A DNA stretch of 34,708 bases from Macrostomum lignano (lineage: Eukaryota). Of the stretch, positions 10,347 through 21,914 are shown piece by piece (position 1 is the first letter of the stretch; each line of letters starts with the position of its first letter). The stretch is taken from the NCBI GenBank assembly GCA_002269645.1, contig NIVC01001712.1, forward strand, positions 1 to 34,708, given 5' to 3'. The notes below the pieces were generated by a model. That model made no database searches. It had not been told where the DNA came from and saw nothing but the letters and a program-made list of their open reading frames with translations. The translations under genes were made by a program, and so were the position numbers.

Positions 10347-13300
10347 TAGAAGAGCCACCATGTCAAACCTAAAGGAGCCACCATGTCGAACATTAAAGAA
10401 CCACCATGTCGAACATAAAAGAGCCACCATATCGAACATAAAAGAGTTACCATGTTAAAAATTAAAGAGCCACCATGTCGAACATTAAAGAGCCACCATG
10501 TCGAACATAGAAGAGCCACCATGTCAAACATTAAAGAGCCACCATTTCAAACCTAAAGGAGCCACCATGTCGAAAATTAAAGAGCCACCATGTCGAACAT
10601 AAAAGAGCCACCATATCAAACATAAAAGAGTTACCATGTCAAACATTAAAGAGCCACCATGTCGAACATTAAAGAGCAACCATGTCGAACATTCAATAGC
10701 CACCATGTCAAACATTAAAGAGCCACATTGTCAAGCATTAAAGACCCACCATTTCAAACCTAAAATAGTTACCATGTCAAACATTCAATAGCCACCATGT
10801 CAAACATTAAAGAGCCACCATGTCGAACATAAAAGAGCCACCATATTAAACATAAAAGAGTTACCATGTCAAACATTAAAGAGCCACCATGTCGAACATT
10901 AAAGAGCCACCATGTCAAACATTAAAGAGCCACATTGTCAAGCATTAAAGACCCACCATTTCAAACCTAAAAGAGCCACCATGTCAAACATTAAAGAGCC
11001 ACCATGTCGAACATTAAAGAGCCACCTTGTCAAATATTAAAGAGCCACCATTTCAAACCTAAAGAAGCCACCATGTCGAACATACAAGAGCCACCATGTC
11101 GAACATAGAAAAGCCACCATGTCAAACATTAAAGAGCCACCGTTTCAAACCTAAAAGAGCCACCATGTTAAAAATTAAAGAGCCACCATGTCAAACATAA
11201 AACAGACACCATTAAGAACATTAAAGAGCCACCATGTCAAACCTAAAACAGCCACCATTTCGAAAATTAAGGAGCCACCATTTCGAAAATTTAAGAGCCG
11301 CTATGTTAAACATTAAAGGGCCACCTTGTCAAATATTAAAGAGCCACCATTTCAAACCTAAAAGAGCGACCCTGTCGAACATACAAGAGCCACCATGTCG
11401 AACATAAAAGAGCCACCATGTCGAACATACAAGAGCCACCATGTCGAACATAGAAAAGCCACCATGTCGAACATAGAAAAGCCACCATGTTAAACATTAA
11501 AGAGCCAATATTTCAAACCTAAAGGAGCCACCATGTCGAACATAAAAGAGTCACCATGTTAAAAATTAAAGAGCCACCATGTCGAACATTAAAGAGCCAC
11601 CATTTCAAACATTAAAGAGCCACCATGTCAAACATTAAAGAGCCACCGGTTCAAACCTAAAAGAGCCACCATGTCGAACATTAAAGAGCCACCATGTCAA
11701 ACATAAAACAGACACCATGTCAAACATTAAAGAGCCACCATGTCAAACATTAAAGAGCCACCGGTTCAAACCTAAAAGAGCCACCATGTCGAACATTAAA
11801 AAGCCACCATGTCAAACATTAAAGAGCCACATTGTCAAACATTAAAAAGCCACCATTTCAAACCTAAAAGAGCCACCATGTCAAACATTAAAGAGCCACC
11901 ATGTCAAACATTAAAGAGCCACCTTGTCAAATATTAAAGAGCCACCATTTCAAACCTAAAGAAGCCACCATGTCGAACATACAAGAGCCACCATGTCGAA
12001 CATAAAAGAGCCACCATATCAAACATAAAAGAGTTACCATGTCAAACATTAAAGAGCCACCATGTCAAACATTAAAGAGCCACCATGTCGAACATAAAAG
12101 AGCCACCATATCAAACATAAAAGAGTTACCATGTCAAACATTAAAGAGCCACCATGTCGAACATTAAAGAGCCACCATGTCAAACATTAAAGAGCCACAT
12201 TGTCAAGCATTAAAGACCCACCATTTCAAACCTAAAAGAGCCACCATGTCGAACATTAAAGAGCCACCTTGTCAAATATTAAAGAGCCACCATTTCAAAC
12301 CTAAAGAAGCCACCATGTCGAACATACAAGAGCCACCATGTCGAACATAAAAGAGCCACCATATCAAACATAAAAGAGTTACCATGTTAAAAATTAAAGA
12401 GCCACCATGTCGAACATAAAAGAGCAACCATGTCAAACATAAAACAGACACCATTAAGAACATTAAAGAGCCACCATGTCGAACATTAAAGAGCCACCAT
12501 GTCAAATATAAAACAGCCACCATTTCGAAAATTTAAGAGCCGCCATGTTAAACATTAAAGGGCCACCTTGTCAAATATTAAAGAGCCACCATTTCAAACC
12601 TAAAAGAGCGACCCTGTCGAACATACAAGAGCCACAATGTCGAACATAAAAGAGCAGCTATGTAGAACATAAAAGAGCCACCATGTCAAACATAAAAAAG
12701 CCACCATGTCAAACATAAAAGAGCCAACATGAAGAACATTAAAGAGCCACCATGTCGACCATTAAAAGAGCCACCATGTCGAACATACAAGAGCCACCAT
12801 GTCGAACATAGAAAAGCCACCATGTCGAACATAGAAAAGCCACCATGTTAAACATTAAAGAGCCAATATTTCAAACCTTAAGGAGCCACCATGTCGAACA
12901 TAAAAGAGTTACCATGTTAAAAATTAAAGAGCCACCATGTCGAACATTAAAGAGCCACCATGTCGAACATAGAAGAGCCACCATGTCAAACATTAAAGAG
13001 CCACCATTTCAAACCTAAAGGAGCCACCATGTCGAAAATTAAAGAGCCACCATGTCAAACATTAAAGAGCCACCATGTCGAACATTAAAGAGCAACCATG
13101 TCGAACATTCAATAGCCACCATGTCAAACATTAAAGAGCCACATTGTCAAGCATTAAAGACCCACCATTTCAAACCTAAAATAGTTACCATGTCAAACAT
13201 TCAATAGCCACCATGTCAAACATTAAAGAGCCACCATGTCGAACATAAAAGAGCCACCATATTAAACATAAAAGAGTTACCATGTCAAACATTAAAGAGC

Positions 13301-16300
13301 CACCATGTCGAACATTAAAGAGCCACCATGTCAAACATTAAAGAGCCACATTGTCAAGCATTAAAGACCCACCATTTCAAACCTAAAAGAGCCACCATGT
13401 CAAACATTAAAGAGCCACCATGTCGAACATTAAAGAGCCACCTTGTCAAATATTAAAGAGCCACCATTTCAAACCTAAAGAAGCCACCATGTCGAACATA
13501 CAAGAGCCACCATGTCGAACATAGAAAAGCCACCATGTCAAACATTAAAGAGCCACCGTTTCAAACCTAAAAGAGCCACCATGTTAAAAATTAAAGAGCC
13601 ACCATGTCAAACATAAAACAGACACCATTAAGAACATTAAAGAGCCACCATGTCAAACCTAAAACAGCCACCATTTCGAAAATTAAGGAGCCACCATTTC
13701 GAAAATTTAAGAGCCGCTATGTTAAACATTAAAGGGCCACCTTGTCAAATATTAAAGAGCCACCATTTCAAACCTAAAAGAGCGACCCTGTCGAACATAC
13801 AAGAGCCACCATGTCGAACATAAAAGAGCCACCATGTCGAACATACAAGAGCCACCATGTCGAACATAGAAAAGCCACCATGTCGAACATAGAAAAGCCA
13901 CCATGTTAAACATTAAAGAGCCAATATTTCAAACCTAAAGGAGCCACCATGTCGAACATAAAAGAGTCACCATGTTAAAAATTAAAGAGCCACCATGTCG
14001 AACATTAAAGAGCCACCATTTCAAACATTAAAGAGCCACCATGTCGAACATTAAAGAGCCACCATGTCAAACATAAAACAGACACCATGTCAAACATTAA
14101 AGAGCCACCATGTCAAACATTAAAGAGCCACCGGTTCAAACCTAAAAGAGCCACCATGTCGAACATTAAAAAGCCACCATGTCAAACATTAAAGAGCCAC
14201 ATTGTCAAACATTAAAAAGCCACCATTTCAAACCTAAAAGAGCCACCATGTCAAACATTAAAGAGCCACCATGTCAAACATTAAAGAGCCACCTTGTCAA
14301 ATATTAAAGAGCCACCATTTCAAACCTAAAGAAGCCACCATGTCGAACATACAAGAGCCACCATGTCGAACATAAAAGAGCCACCATATCAAACATAAAA
14401 GAGTTACCATGTCAAACATTAAAGAGCCACCATGTCAAACATTAAAGAGCCACCATGTCGAACATAAAAGAGCCACCATATCAAACATAAAAGAGTTACC
14501 ATGTCAAACATTAAAGAGCCACCATGTCGAACATTAAAGAGCCACCATGTCAAACATTAAAGAGCCACATTGTCAAGCATTAAAGACCCACCATTTCAAA
14601 CCTAAAAGAGCCACCATGTCGAACATTAAAGAGCCACCTTGTCAAATATTAAAGAGCCACCATTTCAAACCTAAAGAAGCCACCATGTCGAACATACAAG
14701 AGCCACCATGTCGAACATAAAAGAGCCACCATATCAAACATAAAAGAGTTACCATGTTAAAAATTAAAGAGCCACCATGTCGAACATAAAAGAGCAACCA
14801 TGTCAAACATAAAACAGACACCATTAAGAACATTAAAGAGCCACCATGTCGAACATTAAAGAGCCACCATGTCAAATATAAAACAGCCACCATTTCGAAA
14901 ATTTAAGAGCCGCCATGTTAAACATTAAAGGGCCACCTTGTCAAATATTAAAGAGCCACCATTTCAAACCTAAAAGAGCGACCCTGTCGAACATACAAGA
15001 GCCACAATGTCGAACATAAAAGAGCAGCTATGTAGAACATAAAAGAGCCACCATGTCAAACATAAAAAAGCCACCATGTCAAACATAAAAGAGCCAACAT
15101 GAAGAACATTAAAGAGCCACCATGTCGACCATTAAAAGAGCCACCATGTCGAACATACAAGAGCCACCATGTCGAACATAGAAAAGCCACCATGTCGAAC
15201 ATAGAAAAGCCACCATGTTAAACATTAAAGAGCCAATATTTCAAACCTTAAGGAGCCACCATGTCGAACATAAAAGAGTTACCATGTTAAAAATTAAAGA
15301 GCCACCATGTCGAACATTAAAGAGCCACCATGTCGAACATAGAAGAGCCACCATGTCAAACATTAAAGAGCCACCATTTCAAACCTAAAGGAGCCACCAT
15401 GTCGAAAATTAAAGAGCCACCATGTCAAACATTAAAGAGCCACCATGTCGAACATTAAAGAGCAACCATGTCGAACATTCAATAGCCACCATGTCAAACA
15501 TTAAAGAGCCACATTGTCAAGCATTAAAGACCCACCATTTCAAACCTAAAATAGTTACCATGTCAAACATTCAATAGCCACCATGTCAAACATTAAAGAG
15601 CCACCATGTCGAACATAAAAGAGCCACCATATTAAACATAAAAGAGTTACCATGTCAAACATTAAAGAGCCACCATGTCGAACATTAAAGAGCCACCATG
15701 TCAAACATTAAAGAGCCACATTGTCAAGCATTAAAGACCCACCATTTCAAACCTAAAAGAGCCACCATGTCAAACATTAAAGAGCCACCATGTCGAACAT
15801 TAAAGAGCCACCTTGTCAAATATTAAAGAGCCACCATTTCAAACCTAAAGAAGCCACCATGTCGAACATACAAGAGCCACCATGTCGAACATAGAAAAGC
15901 CACCATGTCAAACATTAAAGAGCCACCGTTTCAAACCTAAAAGAGCCACCATGTTAAAAATTAAAGAGCCACCATGTCAAACATAAAACAGACACCATTA
16001 AGAACATTAAAGAGCCACCATGTCAAACCTAAAACAGCCACCATTTCGAAAATTAAGGAGCCACCATTTCGAAAATTTAAGAGCCGCTATGTTAAACATT
16101 AAAGGGCCACCTTGTCAAATATTAAAGAGCCACCATTTCAAACCTAAAAGAGCGACCCTGTCGAACATACAAGAGCCACCATGTCGAACATAAAAGAGCC
16201 ACCATGTCGAACATACAAGAGCCACCATGTCGAACATAGAAAAGCCACCATGTCGAACATAGAAAAGCCACCATGTTAAACATTAAAGAGCCAATATTTC

Positions 16301-18885
16301 AAACCTAAAGGAGCCACCATGTCGAACATAAAAGAGTCACCATGTTAAAAATTAAAGAGCCACCATGTCGAACATTAAAGAGCCACCATTTCAAACATTA
16401 AAGAGCCACCATGTCGAACATTAAAGAGCCACCATGTCAAACATAAAACAGACACCATGTCAAACATTAAAGAGCCACCATGTCAAACATTAAAGAGCCA
16501 CCGGTTCAAACCTAAAAGAGCCACCATGTCGAACATTAAAAAGCCACCATGTCAAACATTAAAGAGCCACATTGTCAAACATTAAAAAGCCACCATTTCA
16601 AACCTAAAAGAGCCACCATGTCAAACATTAAAGAGCCACCATGTCAAACATTAAAGAGCCACCTTGTCAAATATTAAAGAGCCACCATTTCAAACCTAAA
16701 GAAGCCACCATGTCGAACATACAAGAGCCACCATGTCGAACATAAAAGAGCCACCATATCAAACATAAAAGAGTTACCATGTCAAACATTAAAGAGCCAC
16801 CATGTCAAACATTAAAGAGCCACCATGTCGAACATAAAAGAGCCACCATATCAAACATAAAAGAGTTACCATGTCAAACATTAAAGAGCCACCATGTCGA
16901 ACATTAAAGAGCCACCATGTCAAACATTAAAGAGCCACATTGTCAAGCATTAAAGACCCACCATTTCAAACCTAAAAGAGCCACCATGTCGAACATTAAA
17001 GAGCCACCTTGTCAAATATTAAAGAGCCACCATTTCAAACCTAAAGAAGCCACCATGTCGAACATACAAGAGCCACCATGTCGAACATAAAAGAGCCACC
17101 ATATCAAACATAAAAGAGTTACCATGTTAAAAATTAAAGAGCCACCATGTCGAACATAAAAGAGCAACCATGTCAAACATAAAACAGACACCATTAAGAA
17201 CATTAAAGAGCCACCATGTCGAACATTAAAGAGCCACCATGTCAAATATAAAACAGCCACCATTTCGAAAATTTAAGAGCCGCCATGTTAAACATTAAAG
17301 GGCCACCTTGTCAAATATTAAAGAGCCACCATTTCAAACCTAAAAGAGCGACCCTGTCGAACATACAAGAGCCACAATGTCGAACATAAAAGAGCAGCTA
17401 TGTAGAACATAAAAGAGCCACCATGTCAAACATAAAAAAGCCACCATGTCAAACATAAAAGAGCCAACATGAAGAACATTAAAGAGCCACCATGTCGACC
17501 ATTAAAAGAGCCACCATGTCGAACATACAAGAGCCACCATGTCGAACATAGAAAAGCCACCATGTCGAACATAGAAAAGCCACCATGTTAAACATTAAAG
17601 AGCCAATATTTCAAACCTTAAGGAGCCACCATGTCGAACATAAAAGAGTCACCATGTTAAAAATTAAAGAGCCACCATGTCGAACATTAAAGAGCCACCA
17701 TGTCGAACATTAAAGAGCCACCATGTCAAACATAAAACAGACACCATGTCAAACATTAAAGAGCCACCGGTTCAAACCTAAAAGAGCCACCATGTCGAAC
17801 ATTAAAGAGCCACCTTGTCAAATATTAAAGAGCCACCATTTCAAACCTAAAGGAGCCACCATGTCGAACATTAAAAAGCCACCATGTCGAACATTAAAAA
17901 GCCAACATGTCAAACATAAAAGAGCCACCATGTCAAACCTAAAAAAGCCACCATGTCAAACATAGAAGAGCCACCATGTCAAACATAATAGAGCCACCAT
18001 GTCAAACATTAAAGAGCCACCATGTCAAACATAGAAGAGCCACTATGTCAAACATAAAAGAGCCACCATGTCGAACATAAAAGAGTCACCATGTTAAAAA
18101 TTAAAGAGCCACCATGTCGAACATTAAAGAGCCACCATGTCGAACATTAAAGAGCCACCATGTCGAACATTAAAGAGCCACCATATCAAACATAAAAGAG
18201 TTACCATGTCAAACATTAAAGAGCCACCATGTCGAACATTAAAGAGCCACCATATCAAACATAAAACAGACACCATGTCAAACATTAAAGAGCCACCATG
18301 TCGAACATTAAAGAGCCACCATGTCAAACATAAAACAGCCACCATTTCGAAAATTAAGGAGCCACCATTTCGAAAATTAAAGAGCCGCCATGTTAACCAT
18401 TAAAGGGCCACCATGTCAAACATTAAAGAGCCACCATGTCGAACATTAAAGAGCCACCATGTCAAACATAAAACAGCCACCATTTCGAAAATTAAGGAGC
18501 CACCATTTCGAAAATTAAAGAGCCGCCATGTTAACCATTAAAGGGCCACCATGTCAAACATTAAAGAGCCACCATGTCGAACATAAAAGAGCCACCATGT
18601 CGAACATTAAAGAGCCACCATGTCAAACATTAAAGAGCCACCGGTTCAAACCTAAAAGAGCCACCATGTCGAACATTAAAAAGCCACCGTGTCGAACATA
18701 AAAAAGTCAACATGTCAAACATAAAAGAGCCACCATGTCAAACCTAAAAAAGCCACCATGTCAAACATAGAAGAGCCACCATGTCGAACATAAAAGAGCC
18801 ACTATGTCAAACATAAAAGAGCCACCATGTCAAACATAGAAGAGCCACTATGTCAAACATAAAATAGCCACCATGTCAAACATTC
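10347..18885. repeat. Satellite array, 23-bp monomer (aaagagccaccatgtc[a/g]aacat[t/a]), ~370 monomers, with a ~2,370-bp higher-order repeat (~3 copies)
   Basis: Monomer counted directly. Identical track ORFs at 12272, 14642 and 17012 are spaced exactly 2370 bp apart (103 monomers + 1 bp). Spot-checked lines at 11701, 12241, 12301 and 12841 are identical to the lines 4740 bp downstream. Confidence 0.98.
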
Positions 18886-18999
18886 AAGATATCCAATTTC
18901 AAATGTAAAGGTATAAAGCGCCATGCCAATTTAAAGGAGCCACTATAAAGCTAAGGAAATTGTCGCTCTAGCTACTTATTGTCTGGTGGATGGTTGCTA

Positions 19000-19520
19000 T
19001 TTGGGGATGCTATCTATCTTGGGGATGCTTGCTACTTGGAGGATGCTTGCTTTCTGGGGGATGCTTGCTATCTGGGGAATGCTTGCTATCTGGGGAATGC
19101 TTGCTATCTGGGGGATGCTTGCTATCTGGGGGATGCTTGCTATCTGAGGGATGCTTGCTATCTGAGTGATGCTTGCTATCTGGGGGATGCTTGCTATCTG
19201 GGGTATGCTTGCTATCTGAGGGATGCTTGCTATCTTGGGGTATGCTTGCTATCTGAGGGATGCTTGCTATCTTGGGGATGCTTGCTATCTGGGGGATGCT
19301 TGCTATCTGCGGAATGCTTGCTATCTGGGGAATGCTTGCTATCTGGGGGATGTTTGCTATCTGGGGGATGCTTGCTATCTGGGGGATGCTTGCTATCTGG
19401 GGATGCTTGCTATCTGGAGGATGCTTGCTATCTTGGGGATGCTTGCTATCTGGGAAATGCTTGCTATCTGGGAGAATGCTTGCTATCTGGAGGATGCTTG
19501 CTATCTGGGGGATGCTTGTG
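19000..19520. repeat. 18-bp minisatellite (gggggatgcttgctatct), ~29 units, inside the Helitron
   Basis: Direct reading. It gives the 6-aa periodicity (LGDACY) of the artefact ORFs. Confidence 0.96.
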
Positions 19521-19667
19521 GTCTTGGGAAGATTTCTTATTGCAATTCACTTCATTTTAGCAGTTTGTCTGTTGCTTTTGTGAAGGATTTTTTGGCTGTC
19601 TTTTTGTTAATTGTAGAGAACAGAGATTCTATCCAGATGTCCCCCATCGGGGGGCGAAGATTGCTAG

Positions 19668-19981
19668 TGTACACTCATTTCTATTCACGTAGACCCCAAT
19701 TAAATCAGACCAATCAAATGTACACTCATTTCTATTCTCGTAGACCCCAATTAAATCAGGCCAATCAAATGTACAATCATTTCTATTCTCGTAGACCCCA
19801 ATTAAATCAGGCCAATCAAATGTACGCTCATTTCTATTCACGTAGACCCCAATTAAATCAGGCCAATCAAATGTACAATCATTTCTATTCACGTAGACCC
19901 CAATTAAATCAGACCAATCAAATGTACACTTATTTCTATTCACGTAGACCCCAATTAAATCAGACCAATCAAATGTACACT
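19668..19981. repeat. 51-bp minisatellite, right part (6 units + partial)
   Basis: Units start at 19668 and recur every 51 bp through 19923, with a partial unit at 19974. Same unit as 9580-9732. Confidence 0.95.
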
Positions 19982-20013
19982 GATAAGCAAATAAAGCAAT
20001 AAAAAACTCTCAC

Positions 20014-20457
20014 CCAACAAAGGCGTTTGTAACCAATTGAACATGCGGCCCTCCATAAATGTACTGCAGCGTTGGATATTGCCTACCAGGAACACAGTTA
20101 AACGGCTTGAATAGCAAGCCGTACAGGGTCTGACCGCCGGGTCCAGTGAATTGAAAATACTCCGGTTGTAAAAAGAAATTATCGCAGCCAATAGCTTTAG
20201 TCAGGAGGCTTATTGCTGGTAGGTTGGCAGTTTTAAGGCTGCACAGTCGAGCTTCTGGCGAATGCTGCGAACAGTGCACAGTTAGCAGGGCTACACCTTG
20301 CTCAGGAAAGGCTAAGCCTGAACAGGTTTTCGGCAAACCGGCAGAATTAGATGAGCTACTACTACTATTGAAGACATTGTGAGCAGTAGTTAGGATCTCA
20401 ATGCGACTGGAGCTCTCGTGATTAGCCAAATAGTTAACTCGGCAAAGTTGAACGCAT
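20014..20457 (-). CDS. DPP9: DPP8/9 exon 4: CVQLCRVNY...PEYFQFTG...LYGLLFKP...YPTLQYIYGGPHVQLVTNAFVG
   Basis: Conserved YGGPxVQLV motif. Acceptor tttag at 20458 and donor GTGAGA at 20013. The 444-bp length is consistent with phases 1 and 2. Confidence 0.92.
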
Positions 20458-20654
20458 CTAAATATGGCAATTTTGATGAATTGTTAAATAGGGCCTAATT
20501 AAAATTTCAGCATAAATTTTACTAGGTACTAACCGCGACCGATTCTGCTTAACTCTTGCTTACGTAATAAATTCTCTTTTCTCTCATATCATCAGTCAGA
20601 CTGTCCAAATCCTAACCTAAACCATCAGATCATAATCGAAGCATCAACCTCTTA

Positions 20655-20925
20655 GGGTGCCGTAGCCCGATGGTCCAGCGCAGAGCTCTGACGTGCCAGC
20701 GGCCCAGGCTCGATTCCAAGTGCAGTCAGATTAATTTGCGGCTAAATCGGAATATCGGCCTGGCTCTGCTCGTGTAATTAACATTCAGCTTGAGGGCCAA
20801 CCCCCCAAGGCACAGTGAAGTGTACATGCCTAACGATAAATAAATTTAGGGCCGCTGTACACTCCTGTGTGAGTGTGAGCCTGCTCAGGGGAGTCGGCGG
20901 AATGGACCCCTGTCTCGAATAAAAA
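20655..20925 (+). mobile_element. tRNA-derived SINE, family A copy 1, with A-rich tail and TSD, in DPP9 intron 3
   Basis: A-box-like tagcccgatgg, B-box-like ggctcgattcc, tail aataaaaaaa. Flanked by aagcatcaacctctta (20639-20654) and aagcatcaaccctta (20926-20940). Homologous to 25175-25542 and 32839-33600. Confidence 0.85.
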
Positions 20926-21041
20926 AAGCATCAACCCTTACTCTAACCTAAATCCTAATCTAAATCGTTGACAGCCGGCTAAAGCAGAATAACAAAAGCA
21001 GCATAAACATCAAAGTAGTATCAAATAAGAATTCCAAGCAC

Positions 21042-21790
21042 CTAGGATCAACGCGGGTACTATTAAAGTACAGCCATCCGTTAGCCACATCAACAGACAG
21101 GTGATCTGGTTGCACCTGCCAATCGCCAAACGTTAATTGTCGCCTAACAACTTTAGCCTGCGAATCGCCGGGCAACCAACAGCAGGTCACGTGATACAGG
21201 TGCCGGTATCCGGTGTCTTCGCTAGCCCAGATCAGCTCAACTCGTCGATCGGTAACTAGCAGGGGTCGGATCAACTCGTGCACCTCAATCCAACGATCCG
21301 ACGGTGCAGACTCTTCTAGTAGGCAAATAGACAACCCGCTGTCAGGATAGTAAGCCAACAGACGAAGTAGATCCTGTCTACGATTCATCGATTGAGCTAG
21401 CAACGCTTCGCCGCTTTGAGTCCAATCGATTCTAACCAGATACTCGTCCAGCTGAAGCTGATCGACAGGTCGATTAGTGCAAACTAAAGTACCTGCGTCA
21501 GCGCATCGGCTAACGCTGACGTTAACAAGACTCGATACGGCATTCGGGGTGCCGGCTCTAGGATACGAGAAACTGTCTGTCTCCAGGCCGCCTTTCAATG
21601 GGTCGACAATTTTAATCGATTGAACGCTTGATTCATCCACAACTTCAATAATCAAATCTTGGCTAGTAGGATTTGCTTCATCACCGACTGGTCGCCACCA
21701 GAAACCGTGGAATCGATCGAATTCTTCTTGAACTGCGAATGGCGGCAAACCGGCCGAGATTGTCTTCGTCTCGGCTGGCAGGGTGTACAC
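21042..21790 (-). CDS. DPP9: DPP8/9 exon 3: VYTL...SAGLPPFAVQEEFDRFHGFWW...YPRAGTPNA...EYLVRIDWT...WASEDTGYRHLY...QLTFGDWQV...LYFNSTRVDPR
   Basis: Glu-Glu motif QEEFDRF and the YPxAG motif. The inferred acceptor ccgcag|gtg at 21791 is weak but is the phase-0 option. Donor AG|GTGCTT at 21041. Confidence 0.88.
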
Positions 21791-21914
21791 CTGCGGCGCA
21801 TGCGCATGGCGAATGGTTGGCGATGTACTTTTAATGATGTGTACTTTCAGTTTCATTCAATATGTATTCACGTTACATCGGCTCATTTTTATTCTCTGTC
21901 CTGTCATTACCTTT

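Larger units (their letters stand above)
9733..19667 (+). mobile_element. Non-autonomous Helitron (9,935 bp) carrying satellite arrays, inserted antisense in DPP9 intron 4
   Basis: 5' end A|TCCTATATACTAAAA, followed by a (tatg)n tract and an aaacggctcaaccgatttt core of the kind seen in non-autonomous Helitrons. 3' end: GC hairpin gtcccccatcggggggc (19639-19655), 8-nt spacer, then CTAG|T. Removing 9733-19667 restores the host unit junction caatcaaa|tgtacac exactly, with no TSD. No Rep/helicase ORF is visible. Confidence 0.85.

Noticed and set aside
10298-18403. Repeated 63-88-aa ORFs, including CxxxxxHH-like peptides
   Set aside because: Readings of the 23-bp satellite with frequent stops; no zinc-finger spacing or domain.
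18968-18971. Internal CTAG as an alternative Helitron 3' end
   Set aside because: No preceding GC hairpin, and it is followed by C rather than T.
18979-20002. LGDACY-repeat and YSRRPQLNQ-repeat ORFs (pentapeptide/LRR-like appearance)
   Set aside because: Products of the 18-bp and 51-bp minisatellites. The 259-aa ORF runs across the Helitron 3' junction.
20610-20965. cctaacctaaa motifs resembling telomeric repeats
   Set aside because: Only 2-3 degenerate units on either side of the SINE, with no array.
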